Positions 11,129 to 21,184 of a DNA stretch of 64,000 nt are shown here, piece after piece (within the stretch, counting starts at the first letter, position 1; every line of letters begins with the position of its first letter). The notes under the pieces were generated by a model. That model had not been told where the DNA came from and ran no database searches. It saw only the letters and a list, made by a program, of their open reading frames with translations. The stretch covers positions 18,417-82,416 of the forward strand of contig CAWDMP010000001.1 of NCBI GenBank assembly GCA_963803495.1, in the 5' to 3' direction. This DNA comes from an uncultured Cytophagales bacterium (GTDB lineage: Bacteria; Bacteroidota; Bacteroidia; Cytophagales; Spirosomataceae). The translations under genes were made by a program, and so were the position numbers.

Positions 11129-13243
11129 ATGAATCCTGCCGTCCGGGTCGCCGAACTTACCGAAAAGCTCAACTATTACAATAGCCGCTACTATCAGGAT
11201 AGCGTGTCGGAAATTTCCGATGAAGATTTTGATGCGCTGCTGAAAGAATTGGCGGCGCAGGAGTTGGAATTCCCTGAATTGAAACGCCCCGACTCGCCCA
11301 CGCAGCGCGTCGGTGGAACGATCACCAAGGATTTTCCGACGGTGTACCACCGCTACCCGATGCAATCGCTCGACAATACCTACAATGAAGAAGAATTGCG
11401 GGAATTTGACGAGCGGGTGAAGAAATTGCTGCCCGAAGATGAAGCGTATGAGTACATCTGCGAGTTGAAATTCGACGGAATTTCGCTGAGCTTCACTTAC
11501 GAAGATGGCGCGCTCAAACAGGGCGTCACGCGCGGCGACGGTACCCGCGGCGACGAAATCACCGAGAATGTCAGGACGATCCGCACGTTGCCGTTGAGCA
11601 TTAAGTCGAGTACCGTCCCGGCTAATTTTGAGCTACGGGGCGAGGGGTTTATGCCCACCCGATCCTTTGAAAAACTGAATGCCGAATTGAAAATCAATGG
11701 GGAAGCACCCTACGCCAACCCACGTAATGCCGCTTCCGGGGCGTTCAAATTGCAGGATTCGGCCGAAACCGCCCGCCGGGGGCTGGACTGCTACGTATAC
11801 GCCTTTTTGAGCGACCCTGTCCAGGGCGGCGAGGAGATTTTTAAATCACACGAAGAAAGCCTGCTGGCGCTCAAAGAATGGGGCTTCAACGTATCGCCCG
11901 GCTGGCAAAAATGCCAGACCATCGACGAAGCGCTGGACTATATTCAGCAATGGGAAGAAGCACGTTTCAAACTACCGCTCGCGACCGATGGCATCGTGGT
12001 CAAAGTAAATTCCTACGCCCAACAGCGCGAGCTGGGCAGTACCGCCAAGAGCCCGCGTTGGGCGATTGCTTTCAAGTACAAGGCCGAAAACAAACCCGCT
12101 TTGCTGCGGTTTATCACGTTTGGGGTGGGCCGTACCGGGGCCGTAACGCCTGTGGGCAACCTTTCGGCACTCAGCGAGCGCGATAAACCCTACGAAAAAG
12201 TGAAGGGCGTGCATCTGTCGGGTACTCAGGTGAAGCGGGCTTCCCTGCACAACGCCGACGAACTCGAGCGGCTGGACCTGCGCCTCGGCGATACGGTTTT
12301 TGTGGAGAAGAGCGGGGAGATCATTCCCAAAATCACAGGCGTGGATACTACCCAACGCGGCTTGTTCGAGACCGAAGCCATTCATTTCCCGACCCATTGC
12401 CCAGAATGCGATACCGCGCTGGTGCGAAACGAGGGCGAGGTGGCCTACTACTGTCCCAACGAGCGGGGCTGCCCGCCGCAATTGCGCGGGAGGATAGAAC
12501 ACTTCATCCAGCGCCGAGCCATGAACATCGACAGCCTGGGCGAGGGTAAAATCGAAACTTTATTCGATAAAGGCCTGATTCACAACGCAGCCGATTTATA
12601 CGATCTGACTTACGATTCGCTGCTGGGTATTGAAAAAGATATATTCAATGAGGAAACCGGCAAGACTAAAAAGATAAGTTTTCGGGAGAAAACGGTGGAA
12701 AACATCCTGCGCGGCGTCGAAAGCTCGAAGCAAGCCCCGTTCAAAAATTTGCTGTTTGGACTGGGTATTCGATACGTTGGGGCGACGGTAGGGGAGAAGC
12801 TGGCTACCTACTTCCGTACCATGGATGCACTGATGGGTGCCAGTCTGGAAGCGCTCGTCAATGTACCCGAAATCGGCGACCGCATCGCCCAAAGCGTGGT
12901 GGAGTACTTCGCCGAGCCGGAAAATCAGCGCTTGATCGCGCGCCTGCGGGCGGCGGGCCTCACCTTCGAGACCGACGATACACCCGTGGTGCTGGAAGGC
13001 GAAAGCCTGGCGGGCAAGTCTTTTGTGGTATCCGGCGTATTCCAAAACTTCGACCGCGACGAACTGAAAACTAAGATCCAGGCCAACGGCGGCCGGATCC
13101 TGAGCGGCGTGTCGGGCAAGCTCGACTACCTGCTGGCGGGAGAGAATATGGGCCCCGCCAAACTGGAAAAAGCGAAGCGTTTAAAGGTCGTAGTGATCTC
13201 AGAAGAAGAATTCTTGGCGATGCTCGAAGGTAATTTAGAATGA
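11129..13243 (+). CDS. ligA: NAD-dependent DNA ligase
   Basis: KFDG adenylation motif, TRGDG, PRWAIAFKY, Zn finger (CPEC..CPNERGC), C-terminal BRCT. Confidence 0.97.
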   Translation: MNPAVRVAELTEKLNYYNSRYYQDSVSEISDEDFDALLKELAAQELEFPELKRPDSPTQRVGGTITKDFPTVYHRYPMQSLDNTYNEEELREFDERVKKLLPEDEAYEYICELKFDGISLSFTYEDGALKQGVTRGDGTRGDEITENVRTIRTLPLSIKSSTVPANFELRGEGFMPTRSFEKLNAELKINGEAPYANPRNAASGAFKLQDSAETARRGLDCYVYAFLSDPVQGGEEIFKSHEESLLALKEWGFNVSPGWQKCQTIDEALDYIQQWEEARFKLPLATDGIVVKVNSYAQQRELGSTAKSPRWAIAFKYKAENKPALLRFITFGVGRTGAVTPVGNLSALSERDKPYEKVKGVHLSGTQVKRASLHNADELERLDLRLGDTVFVEKSGEIIPKITGVDTTQRGLFETEAIHFPTHCPECDTALVRNEGEVAYYCPNERGCPPQLRGRIEHFIQRRAMNIDSLGEGKIETLFDKGLIHNAADLYDLTYDSLLGIEKDIFNEETGKTKKISFREKTVENILRGVESSKQAPFKNLLFGLGIRYVGATVGEKLATYFRTMDALMGASLEALVNVPEIGDRIAQSVVEYFAEPENQRLIARLRAAGLTFETDDTPVVLEGESLAGKSFVVSGVFQNFDRDELKTKIQANGGRILSGVSGKLDYLLAGENMGPAKLEKAKRLKVVVISEEEFLAMLEGNLE

Positions 13244-13317
13244 GTGAATGATAGAATGAGAGAATAAATGCCTTTCATTTGTACAACCCTATTCACTCAT
13301 TCGAAATTCTATCATTC
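13238..13317. repeat. REP-like inverted arrangement of GAATGANN octamers between ligA and dapA
   Basis: GAATGAGT GAATGATA GAATGAGA (13238-13261) mirrored by ATTCACTCATTC and ATTCTATCATTC (13291-13317). Confidence 0.7.
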
Positions 13318-13328
13318 AAAATTGACTC

Positions 13329-14213
13329 ATGGACGAGCGTTTTAAAGGCGTGGGCGTGGCCCTCGTCACTCCCTTCAACGAACATTACGAAATCGACTTT
13401 CCCGGACTCAAAAAGCTGATCGACTTCGTGTCTGACGGGGGCGTGGACTATCTGGTGGTGCAGGGTACCACCGGGGAAACCTCCACGACAACGACGGAGG
13501 AGAAGAAAGCGCTGCTGAAATTCGTGAAGGAAAACAACGGCAAAGCGCTGCCGCTCGTGTACGGATTGGGTGGCAACGATACTCGGGTGGTACTGGCTGC
13601 TATAGCCGCTACTGACTTTGCGGGTGTCGATGCTTTACTGTCGGTATGTCCTTATTACAACAAACCTTCCCAGGCAGGCATCATCGCGCACTTCACGGCC
13701 ATTGCCGATGCCTCGCCGGTGCCGGTGCTGGTGTACAACGTACCTGGCCGTACGGTAGTCAATATCAAGCCGGCCACCGTTTTTGAGTTGGCCAAACACC
13801 CTAATATCATAGGTTTGAAAGATGCCTGCTCTACCATGGAGCAGTACATGGAAATCGCCTGGAAGGCACCCAAGGACTTCCTGCTGCTCTCGGGTGACGA
13901 CAACCTGGTGGTACCCATGATCAGCGTTGGCTGGCATGGCGTGATTTCGGTGATCGCCAACGCCTTTCCCACCGAATTTCGCGACCTTACCTGGCACGCG
14001 CTCAAAGGCCGCTTCGCCGAAGCTGCGGCGCTGCAGTTTTCTTTCATCGACTTCGATACCCTGCTCTACGCCGAGGCCAATCCGACGGGCATCAAGGAAT
14101 GCCTGGCGATCAAGGGCGTTTGCGGGTCAGAGGTTCGGCTGCCCCTGGTGAAGGCATCTTCTGAACTTTCGGGTGAGCTGCGTTTGGCGATGGAGCGGGA
14201 AGGGTTCATATAA
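13329..14213 (+). CDS. dapA: 4-hydroxy-tetrahydrodipicolinate synthase
   Basis: ALVTPF, GTTGE, YYNKP, YNVPGRT, GLKDA, LSGDD. Confidence 0.95.
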   Translation: MDERFKGVGVALVTPFNEHYEIDFPGLKKLIDFVSDGGVDYLVVQGTTGETSTTTTEEKKALLKFVKENNGKALPLVYGLGGNDTRVVLAAIAATDFAGVDALLSVCPYYNKPSQAGIIAHFTAIADASPVPVLVYNVPGRTVVNIKPATVFELAKHPNIIGLKDACSTMEQYMEIAWKAPKDFLLLSGDDNLVVPMISVGWHGVISVIANAFPTEFRDLTWHALKGRFAEAAALQFSFIDFDTLLYAEANPTGIKECLAIKGVCGSEVRLPLVKASSELSGELRLAMEREGFI

Positions 14214-14218
14214 AAAAT

Positions 14219-16718
14219 CTACCGGAACACCGCATTACCAAACAACAACTTACCGTTGTACCAGAATCCCCGGAACAGCGGGTTATCGGCCATATATACG
14301 ATTTGGCCGCGACCCATTTCCTGCACCCCAAACACCAGCGTATTTTTCAGTTTTTTGCGCGCATTGACCCCCGCAAAACCCGCCAGGTAACTTTCCGCCT
14401 CCAGGTACCCCACGTTCCAGCCATCGGGCAGGTAGTCCAGGTCGTAAGCGCCACGGATTAGGCCGTAGTAATCGTTGCGGTAGCCAAAGGCCAGCGGGTG
14501 CGTATTGTCCAGCTTCACTTTATAAATACTGCCCGGCGTGTCGTCGCTGGCCGATTCGCGTTCGCGGTTGCCGTATATTTTCAGCGGTGAATCCTTGTCT
14601 TTCTTATCATCCGACTTTTTGGACTTAAGGTCGAATCCGGGCTTGTCCAGGAAAGCCGTCACCGCCCGTTCCATCGCGATCAGTTTTCCCCCATTTCTGA
14701 CCCATTCCTTCAATTGGGTGAGCGCAGTTTCAGTTAAGAGCTTGCCATAGCTACCGTTGGGCATGATTAATACATCAATCTTCTCCCAGGGTAGGCGGCC
14801 AAAATCCTGCGCCTCCACTACCGAAACCGGGTACTTTATTTGCTGTTCGAAGTAGTGCCATACCTCGCCGAAAGCCAGCGATGAAATGCCTTCCCCCGCA
14901 AGGACGGCCACTTTCGGAGCAGTCAGAGGCCTCACGCTGCCCGAGCCGAAATCGGCACCGGTCGATACAAAACCGGTCTGTACCGGCATCAGCGTGGTAC
15001 CCGATTCGTTGGCCAATTGCACGATCATGTTGTCAAAATTGGCACCCATCGCTTCATTCCCCTTGCGGGTGACGACCAATGTACCTGCCCCAAAGCTCAT
15101 TCCGTCGATTTCGAAGGGTACGTTGGACGTGCGCAAGCGGATTTTCTTTTCAAGCAACGCGCTCAAAAATTTCAGATCGTTGAACGAATCCCAGCGCACC
15201 AGGTAGGCATAAGGCGATTCACCGGGTACCGTATTGTTGATCTTTAGGCGTGGTGTAGGCAGCGGGCGTCATTTTTTCCTTCACCCCATAAGAATCCAGA
15301 CCATAAGCGTAGGCCAGACCCCAACTTGTGATGTCGTAGGTGATGGAATCTTCCAGCTCCGGCCGGGCTTCAAATAGAATTTTCAGCAGCGAAGATTTCG
15401 GCTGATAGGCGCTGATGACCAAATCGCTGCCCGCGAACTTCGTGCTTTCCTCACCCAGCGAGGCCAGGTTGGTCGCTTTAGCCGAAAAGTCTTTTCCAGC
15501 GGTACCATAGGTGATTCCCTGCTTGTCGAGCATTTCGGTTAGCGCCCTGATGCGGCCTTCGTTGCCCTTGGATTTGACCACGTAGGACTTGAAATCGCCA
15601 ATAGGGTTGTTGCGGGCCGTGTCGTAGTACTTCACAAATTCCTGCACCGTTTGCTCGGCGCGAGAAGAAATCGCCTCTAGCGTCGACATACTGGTGGCGA
15701 CGTGGTGGGCAATGCGGGAGGAAAGCGTGAGCGTGTCGCCTTCGTCCTCGCGGGCGATGGCGATGCCCGCCCGTCCGCCGCCGCCCTGCTCGTAGGTCAT
15801 GCCGATGGCGCCGTTGTAGGTCGGCCAGGTGTCGCCGTAGCTGGGGTAGAACAGGTCGTAGTTGTTGCGGGTGAAGTACAGCCAGCTGTTTTTGTCGAAG
15901 TACTTGCGGCTGTAGGTACCCAGTACGTTGTTGAACTCCCGCTGCCAGGCGGTGATGTCTTTGTGAAAGGGTTTGGAAGCCGGCGGAAAGTAGTAGGAGC
16001 TCGACGACCCCATTTCGTGAAAATCGGCGTGCAGGTGCGGCATCCACTGATTGTAAAGCTTGATGCGCTCCTGCGATTCTTTCTGTACCTGCCAGGCCCA
16101 GTCGCGGTTGAGATCGAACAGGTAGTGGTTGGGTCGGCCGCCGGGCCAGGGCTCGTTGTGCTCCCACGACCAGGGCGAAGCGTTGTTGGGCGTACCCGCC
16201 ACGCGGTTGTACCACTGCGCGTAACGATCGCGGCCATCAGGATTGATGCAGGGATCGAGCAGGACCACGGTATTTTTCAGGATGCCCTGCATCGTGGCGT
16301 TATCGGGATTTAAAAGCTCGTACATCACTTTCATGACGGCCTCGGACGATACCGCCTCATTGCCATGTACGTTGTAGCTCAGCCAAGCAATGGCGGGTAC
16401 TTTCGCCGATGGCGTACCGGCCATCATGCCAATACTTTTGAGATTGTCGGTGCGGATAGATTCAAGCCGGGCCAGGTTCTCCGGCGAAGCCACGGCGGCG
16501 ACCACGAGCGGGCGTCCTTCGTAGGTAGCGCCGTAGGGAATCATCTTGACCTGGGTAGGATTTTTCTGCGCCAGGTGCTCTACATAGTCGACGATGCGGT
16601 GGTGGAAAGTAAAACGGCTGCCCAGGGGGTAGCCAAGAAATGCGTCAGGGGTGGGGTTTTGGGCTAACACGGGCCAAGCGACGGCAAGAAACAGAAAAGG
16701 TAACAGGGCTTTCTTCAT
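14219..16718 (-). CDS. Second M14 metallopeptidase-family secreted protein; frameshift at ~15215
   Basis: Signal peptide ..VLA-QN, HGNE, NPDGRDR, NHYLFDLNRDW, DFHEMG. The C-terminal half is ORF 14219-15199. Confidence 0.85.
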
Positions 16719-16987
16719 TAGTGAGGTTTTCATTTTCGGGAAAAGCAGATTCCAAAAATACCAAAAAATGACTAAGCCGGGTACGCTGGGCCCAATTGAA
16801 AGCAGACTGATCAGAATTCTCAACAGCAACCGTCTGAAAACTAGTTGATTTGAAAATAGATGAAAGTTTTTTGTGAGTAGGTTTTGGATATTCAAAATCA
16901 AGCCTGCATCTTTGCACCACGTTTTCAGGAAATGAAGGCGGAAATCGAAAGGAAAGTACTTCCTGCACGAAATAAAAGGGACCAGTC

Positions 16988-17059
16988 GGCCCATTCGTCT
17001 AGCGGTTAGGACACGACCCTTTCACGGTTGAAACAGGGGTTCGATTCCCCTATGGGTCA
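16988..17059 (+). tRNA. tRNA-Glu (anticodon TTC)
   Basis: GGCCCAT/ATGGGTC acceptor stem, anticodon arm CGACC-CTTTCAC-GGTTG, T-arm AGGGG-TTCGATT-CCCCT. CCA is not encoded. Confidence 0.97.
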
Positions 17060-17060
17060 C
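17045..17060 (+). repeat. attL core TTCCCCTATGGGTCAC
   Basis: 3' end of tRNA-Glu; identical to 58202-58217. Confidence 0.93.
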
Positions 17061-17111
17061 TAACCGCCGACTGGCGGACGTTTTAGGACGCATTAATTTC
17101 TTCGATTTAGG

Positions 17112-17140
17112 AAGCCCACCATTGCTGGTGGGCTTTTTTT
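17112..17140 (+). terminator. Intrinsic terminator downstream of the tRNA
   Basis: AAGCCCACCA-TTGC-TGGTGGGCTT plus T-run. Confidence 0.85.
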
Positions 17141-17296
17141 GTTTTAGTGGTGGCATTGAGCCCCATGGATCAAATCAGGATAGTTCGCACAGTTTTTCGT
17201 ACAAGGTGGATTTTCTTCTAACACATTCTCTGGCCAACGAGGGATTATCTCTCACTCAAACTAAGTGCCAAGAATGTATTTTGATCACAAAAAAAA

Positions 17297-18574
17297 ATGA
17301 GCATCTATTTTTTCCTGAGAAATGGCCAGAGCGCCAGGGAGGATGAGCATTGCGTTATCTATTGCCAACTCGATGTGAAGGACGTGGGAAAGGGGGTGCC
17401 CTTCTCGACGAAGTTGAAAGTGCCGGCGGGCTTCTGGATGGTAGACTATCCGGCGGCCAAGGCGCGCCGGATCAGGCCCTCGTCGGCCGGCGCGCCGGTG
17501 TCGGCGAGCTACTACCTGGCCGACTCGCTGAACAAGAGTTTGCAGGCGCTGCGCCTGGGCCTGGTCAATGCCAAGGACGGCATCGAGGCGTTGGGCGAAA
17601 ACCCGACGCCGGCGCTGGTGAAGAGTACCTATTATAATGGGGGCCTGCGTCGGAAGCCCAAGACGCTGCTGGCGGTGTGGGACGAGCTGGTGGATGCGCT
17701 GGAAGACCAGGGCCGGGAAGGGTCGACGCTGGTGACGTACAGAACACGGCGCAACAATGTGGTGAAGTGGCTGGCCGATCGGAAGCAACTCCGGCTGTTG
17801 GTGTCGGAGGTGCGGTACCGCCATTGGGAAGACTTCGGCGTGTGGGCGCGGAGCCAGCGGAAACCGGATGGCTCCCGGTTGCTGGGCAAGAATACTATTA
17901 ATAAGCACCTCACTGCCATCAACAAGGCACTCGACTATGCCGTGAACAAGGAGTATCTTTCGTCGAATCCGATCGGATCGCTGAACCTCGAGTACGATCC
18001 TGCCGACGCGCCACATTATTTGCTGGCCGATGACCGGCGGCGGATTGCGGCCTGCGCCCTCAGCTCGCTGCGCGTCGAGCGGGACGTGGCCGTATTTCTG
18101 ATGCATACGGGCTTGAGCTATACCGATTACGTGAGCCTGGGCACGGAGCACTTGGTGACGCTGCCCAATGGGGAGCAGTTTCTTAAGAAAGCCCGGAATA
18201 AGACGAAGATATACTCCATCATCCCACTTCTGCCGGAGGCGTTGGCGGTGATCGGGCGGTGGGGGAGCATCGAGGCGCTGCCCCGGCCGGACCTGAGCGA
18301 CCTGAATAAGGCGCTTAAGATATTGGGTGAAAGCTGCGGGGTTGGTATCTCGCTGTCGACGTCGGTGTTCCGGGATACCTTTAGTAGTATGATGGAAAAC
18401 GAGTTCATGCTGGAGCTCCGGGTGATTATGGTGATGATGGGGCACACGAACCCGCGTCAGCTGCGGAACTATTCGTCGGTGCAGCCGGGGAGGATCCTGC
18501 ACGAGCTGCGGAAACACCAGGCAGAGCAGTTGCCGTTTCGGTTGGAGAATTTGCAGTTGCTAGCGGCGTCGTAA
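17297..18574 (+). CDS. int: Tyrosine integrase (Bacteroidota type: arm-binding, SAM-like and catalytic domains)
   Basis: TGLSYTD, RNKT, FRDTF, MGH and RNY motifs; adjacent to attL. Confidence 0.92.
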   Translation: MSIYFFLRNGQSAREDEHCVIYCQLDVKDVGKGVPFSTKLKVPAGFWMVDYPAAKARRIRPSSAGAPVSASYYLADSLNKSLQALRLGLVNAKDGIEALGENPTPALVKSTYYNGGLRRKPKTLLAVWDELVDALEDQGREGSTLVTYRTRRNNVVKWLADRKQLRLLVSEVRYRHWEDFGVWARSQRKPDGSRLLGKNTINKHLTAINKALDYAVNKEYLSSNPIGSLNLEYDPADAPHYLLADDRRRIAACALSSLRVERDVAVFLMHTGLSYTDYVSLGTEHLVTLPNGEQFLKKARNKTKIYSIIPLLPEALAVIGRWGSIEALPRPDLSDLNKALKILGESCGVGISLSTSVFRDTFSSMMENEFMLELRVIMVMMGHTNPRQLRNYSSVQPGRILHELRKHQAEQLPFRLENLQLLAAS

Positions 18575-18595
18575 GCTAAGTTGATCAATTGAGGG

Positions 18596-18623
18596 GCCGC
18601 TCTGGATAGGAGCGGCTTTTTTT
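18596..18623 (+). terminator. Terminator after the integrase
   Basis: GCCGCTC-N7-GAGCGGC plus T7. Confidence 0.8.
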
Positions 18624-18708
18624 GTACTTTTCCAAAAAAAATGCCCGTCACGGTTGGAGAGCCGACGGGCATTTTAAATCATTCGTTCAAATCAACACCG
18701 TAAAGTTA

Positions 18709-19425
18709 ATGAAAAAGAAAATTCCATTGATCGTGCTCGAAAAAATCAATCCCATCCTCAAAAGCAATAAGGATCTGTATATTATGTTGGCCGACCCTGA
18801 CTGCTCTTTCAGCTTAGTCGATGCTGATGCTGAATCGGATTTTTTCTTCAAATCGTCTTTACAAAACACAAATGGTCATTTTCTAATACAATGGAAGCCA
18901 GCTAACGGTGAATCTATGACGTCAGTCTCGTACGAATCTGATTTACCTAATCTGTCGCTATTTCTCACTCGTTGGTTAAATGTATTAAAGGCCTACTCGG
19001 AAATGGATACCATCTTCGACGATCCGCTCATCGACCGCTATAAAGACGAATTTTTCCACGAAATGGCAGACCCTAGCGATGATCGGAATGACTCCAAATT
19101 GACGCTGGAGCAGCAGAAAATGATTGTAAGCTATTTGGCAAAGGTACAATTGCTGCTGCCTGCGTATGAGGAAGTGGCTAGTGAGCAACAGCTGGTAGAG
19201 ATCAAGTCGATCGAGCGAGAAATCGCTTCACTCGACGATTTAGTAGAGCACGTTTCGAAGGCCCAGGCTATGAAAAAGCTTGCCACAATTTGGGCTAAGG
19301 CTCAGAAGTACTCGCTTAGCCTAATATTGGAAATGTTGAAGGAGTTTCAGAAGGAGGGGGGCAAGCTAATCGCCAAGAGTCTCTTTGACGGCTCATTTTT
19401 TAAGTTGCTCGATCAATTTCTCTAA
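18709..19425 (+). CDS. Hypothetical moron protein, 238 aa, AT-rich
   Basis: ATG at 18709 within ORF 18622-19425; bracketed by hairpins and terminators. Confidence 0.8.
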   Translation: MKKKIPLIVLEKINPILKSNKDLYIMLADPDCSFSLVDADAESDFFFKSSLQNTNGHFLIQWKPANGESMTSVSYESDLPNLSLFLTRWLNVLKAYSEMDTIFDDPLIDRYKDEFFHEMADPSDDRNDSKLTLEQQKMIVSYLAKVQLLLPAYEEVASEQQLVEIKSIEREIASLDDLVEHVSKAQAMKKLATIWAKAQKYSLSLILEMLKEFQKEGGKLIAKSLFDGSFFKLLDQFL

Positions 19426-19448
19426 TAAAATTAGACTCTTTCGAGAAC

Positions 19449-19477
19449 AGCCTGGACTAATCCTCCGGGCTTTTTTT
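19449..19477 (+). terminator. Terminator after the moron
   Basis: GCCTGGA-N7-TCCGGGC plus T7. Confidence 0.75.
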
Positions 19478-19592
19478 GTGCCGTAACTATCTGAAAATAA
19501 AGAAGAAAAGAGTGGCCGATTGACTTGCGTGTTCCAAACGATTGTGCGTCCTTTGACTCATTGAAACAGCAACCAAACCACTTGATAGACAG

Positions 19593-20504
19593 ATGAATAC
19601 GCAAACGATTTTAACCGACAGCAGCCTTACCAAAACCGAGAAAATACGCCAGCTACTTGCCCTGGGAATAACCCGGCGCGGGGTGGCCGACCTGACCGGC
19701 TGCGGCTACGGGTTTGTACAGAATGTATTTGCCAAGTACTGGCCGGAGCAGGTTAAATCGAAGGGTTTTAACTTCATCCCCTTCAACCGGAAATTTGGCA
19801 TTGAGATTGAAGCCTACGGGGTGCCGATGCGCCGGGTAGCCGAAGCGCTTACCGCGGCCGGGATCAACTGCTACTCCGAGAGCTATAACCACACCAGCTG
19901 CGGCCACTGGAAGGTGGTAACGGACGGCAGCCTGAGCGGCGATAACACTTTCGAGATCGTAAGCCCGATATTGGAAGGAATGAACGGCCTGGCCCAGGTA
20001 GAAACGGTGAGCCGTGTGCTGACCACCCTCCGGGTCAAAATCAACAAAACCTGCGGCTTGCACATCCACTTCGACGCGGCCGGGCTCGGCCTGGAGCAAA
20101 TGAAGAACACCCTGGTAAATTACGCCAGCTACGAAGGCCTTATCGATAGCTTCATGCCCAACAGCCGCCGGGCCGATAACAATACTTACTGCCGGAGCGT
20201 GGTGCGCCTGGCCCTGCAGGCCGACCGGGCCACGAGCATCGGCGAACTGGTAGGCTTGCAGACGACCCGCTACCAGAAAATCAACCTACAGGCTTACAAC
20301 CGCCACCGGACGGTAGAGTTTCGCCAGCACTCAGGTACCATCGAATTTGAAAAAATTAAGAATTGGGTTGTATTTTTGCACAACCTGGTCGAGTACTCGA
20401 AGACCAAGCGCGTAGAAACGCCGAACCTGGCCAGCCTGGCGAAATTCCAGCAGCCAGAAGTACTTACCTATATCCACAACCGGATCAACGACCTAGCCGC
20501 CTAA
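19593..20504 (+). CDS. Putative amidoligase (Amidoligase_2 / COOH-NH2 ligase family) with N-terminal HTH
   Basis: FGIEIE, VTDGSL, FEIVSP, TCGLHIHF, RYQKIN and TVEFRQHSGT motifs. N-terminal KTEKIRQLLALGITRRGVADLTGCGYGFV is HTH-like. Confidence 0.88.
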   Translation: MNTQTILTDSSLTKTEKIRQLLALGITRRGVADLTGCGYGFVQNVFAKYWPEQVKSKGFNFIPFNRKFGIEIEAYGVPMRRVAEALTAAGINCYSESYNHTSCGHWKVVTDGSLSGDNTFEIVSPILEGMNGLAQVETVSRVLTTLRVKINKTCGLHIHFDAAGLGLEQMKNTLVNYASYEGLIDSFMPNSRRADNNTYCRSVVRLALQADRATSIGELVGLQTTRYQKINLQAYNRHRTVEFRQHSGTIEFEKIKNWVVFLHNLVEYSKTKRVETPNLASLAKFQQPEVLTYIHNRINDLAA

Positions 20505-20505
20505 T

Positions 20506-20736
20506 ATGAAATACATAACCGACAACGGGGAATCGCTGGAAGGCGATTCTCCCACTGAGGTCCTGACCGCGCTGCGGGATGGTTCGAAATTTGAATTCGG
20601 GCTGGACCTGGAAGCTTACCTGGATGCGCTGGTGCTGCGCCTTGCGGATTACTACGGGGGGCTGATCACCAGCCGCGACCACGGCGAGGTCATCGATGAA
20701 ATGATTACGATCGGTTTTTTGCGACCGGTAGCGTAG
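20506..20736 (+). CDS. Small acidic hypothetical protein, partner of the amidoligase
   Basis: 76-aa ORF starting 1 nt after the amidoligase stop and followed by a terminator. Confidence 0.75.
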   Translation: MKYITDNGESLEGDSPTEVLTALRDGSKFEFGLDLEAYLDALVLRLADYYGGLITSRDHGEVIDEMITIGFLRPVA

Positions 20737-20768
20737 AAGGATAATATCAAGTGGTGATACTGTGGAAA

Positions 20769-20802
20769 CCCCGAGGCCGATTGGCTTCGGGGCTTTTTTT
20801 TT
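20769..20802 (+). terminator. Terminator ending the amidoligase cassette
   Basis: CCCCGAGGCC-GATT-GGCTTCGGGG plus T9. Confidence 0.85.
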
Positions 20803-20811
20803 GTGAAATCC

Positions 20812-20847
20812 GGTCCTTTCGGGCCGGTGCATTCTTCCCCAACTTCG
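20812..20847 (+). promoter_or_regulatory. Candidate late promoter, copy 1 (GGTCCTT..~23 nt..CTTNG)
   Basis: GGTCCTTT at 20812 and AACTTCG at 20841; the motif recurs before four late operons. Confidence 0.6.
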
Positions 20848-20869
20848 CCACAGAATCAATCGAAAACTG

Positions 20870-21184
20870 GTGGCGAAGCAAGTCGTAAAGCGAAAAGTGG
20901 CGATGGCCAGCCTTCGGGCCGACGATGCCCAGGGGCAAGCCTCGGTGCATTCGATACGGTACCGGAAGGTCGACGGCAGCCTGGGCTACAAGCCGCGGGT
21001 GTGCAAGAGCTTCAAGACGCTGCCCGGCACCGGCAAGTACCGCGGCAATGTGAGCCTGAACCACGAGTTCCTGTTCCTGAACCTGGACGCGCCCGACCGC
21101 CCGCCTTTTCGGATTCTAATCGACCTGCTCGTCGAAGTCGACGGCGCGGTGATCGACCACACCAACGGCGACTATTCATGGTAA
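20870..21184 (+). CDS. Phage hypothetical protein (first gene of the portal operon)
   Basis: 104-aa ORF overlapping the portal start. Confidence 0.7.
   Translation: MAKQVVKRKVAMASLRADDAQGQASVHSIRYRKVDGSLGYKPRVCKSFKTLPGTGKYRGNVSLNHEFLFLNLDAPDRPPFRILIDLLVEVDGAVIDHTNGDYSW

Noticed and set aside
2945-16718. Programmed frameshifting or true pseudogenes in host SDR, OmpA and M14 genes
   Set aside because: No consistent slippery motifs, and the domains are otherwise intact; assembly error is more parsimonious.
7685-16718. Two M14 peptidase paralogues as a novel system
   Set aside because: This is a common multi-copy family in Cytophagales, separated here by housekeeping genes.
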